A stretch of DNA of 64,000 nt from Ignavibacteriota bacterium (GTDB taxonomy: Bacteria > Bacteroidota > Ignavibacteria > UBA10030): the NCBI GenBank assembly GCA_963701295.1, contig OY969585.1, forward strand, positions 2,176,001-2,240,000, in the 5' to 3' direction. Positions 63,132 to 64,000 of this stretch are shown in pieces. How positions within the stretch are numbered: the stretch's first letter is position 1; the number at the start of each line of letters is the position of its first letter. Made by a program: the position numbers and the translations under genes. The notes beneath the pieces are model-generated. The model did no database searches, was not told where the DNA came from, and saw only the letters and a program-made list of their open reading frames with translations.

Positions 63132-64000
63132 ATGACAAAAAAGACAAAAAGTATTTTCCGATACTCAATCAGTTTTATTGTTGCATTTATTTTTCTCTAT
63201 TTCGCTTTCAGAGGTGTAAAACTTTCCGAATTATGGGAATCTTTAAAAGGCGCTAACTATTGGTGGATAACATTACTTATTCCATTGAACATTCTCATGA
63301 ATTGGGTTCGTGCAGAACGCTGGGCGCACTTGCTTGCACCTATCAAATCTCCCATTTCAAAACGGAATCTTTTCTCGGGTGTGATGATTGGATACGCCAT
63401 AAACAATGTATTGCCGCGCGTCGGTGAATTTGTTCGTCCTTACATTGTTGGAAAGCGGGAAGGTATTTCCAGAACCTCAGTGTTCGGTACTGTCGTTGTT
63501 GAACGCATATTAGATTTTATGAGTTTCTATTTTATTGTCTGTGTCGTTCTCTTTCTGTATCCTCGTTCTCTTGATCCATTCGTGAATCAGCCCGACGCTG
63601 TGCGTCCGTTATTCCTTATCGGTTCTATCATAGCTCTTATCATTTTCGTTCTTCTTTTTTTCAAAGCGGAAACCTTCTTTCGATTTCTGGCAAAAATATT
63701 CTTTTTTATTCCGCATAAACATAAAAAAAAAGTGGAAATATTTCTGGATAAGTTTTATACCGGATTTGCTGTTGCGAAACTGCGCGATAAATTTGGTGTG
63801 ATTTTATTCCAGAGTTTTTTAATCTGGGGGCTGAATGCGCTGATCATGTTTGTGCCTTTCTTTGCATTTACTCCACTGATGAAATCGGGAATGGATTTTG
63901 GTGCATCGGTGGTACTTTTAGTCATCTCATCTATCGCTTGGATTTTACCTACTCCTGGTGCGATGGGAACATATCATTCATTTTTAAAAATTGCGATGAT
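63132..64000 (+). CDS. Lysylphosphatidylglycerol-synthase-TM (flippase-like) membrane protein, partial
   Basis: Manual translation: RAERW, GYAINNVLPRVGEFVRP, VERILD, PTPGAMGTYH; runs off the window end. Confidence 0.85.
   Translation, partial: MTKKTKSIFRYSISFIVAFIFLYFAFRGVKLSELWESLKGANYWWITLLIPLNILMNWVRAERWAHLLAPIKSPISKRNLFSGVMIGYAINNVLPRVGEFVRPYIVGKREGISRTSVFGTVVVERILDFMSFYFIVCVVLFLYPRSLDPFVNQPDAVRPLFLIGSIIALIIFVLLFFKAETFFRFLAKIFFFIPHKHKKKVEIFLDKFYTGFAVAKLRDKFGVILFQSFLIWGLNALIMFVPFFAFTPLMKSGMDFGASVVLLVISSIAWILPTPGAMGTYHSFLKIAM

Overview
Bacterial chromosomal window. Gene content suggests a Gram-negative Bacteroidota/Ignavibacteria-like organism (inference only). The right third (45.7-64 kb) is ordinary housekeeping DNA: guaA, radC, phoH, mazG, tRNA-Ala, SRP RNA, RNase E/G, gcvT, comB, ftsK and lolA. 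The left two thirds are accessory-rich. (i) A palindrome/REP-rich hotspot at 7.9-16.3 kb holds truncated RAYT and ORF6N genes, two duplicated hairpin-promoter-leader units each preceding a nuclease gene, and an AT-rich candidate defence operon (ParB-like protein, SNF2 helicase, DUF3883 nuclease, Dam-type MTase). (ii) A 7.9-kb capsid-less replicative element is integrated in tRNA-Arg(UCU). It duplicates the 5' part of the tRNA, places its integrase downstream of the host tRNA promoter, and encodes a candidate small RNA complementary to the integrase ribosome-binding site. (iii) A TetR-controlled ABC export operon, an IS1595 element, and an unannotated four-way-junction RNA with a terminator upstream of a GNAT gene. 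Four single-base frameshifts in otherwise intact genes may be assembly errors. All calls come from reading motifs by eye; no database search was run.
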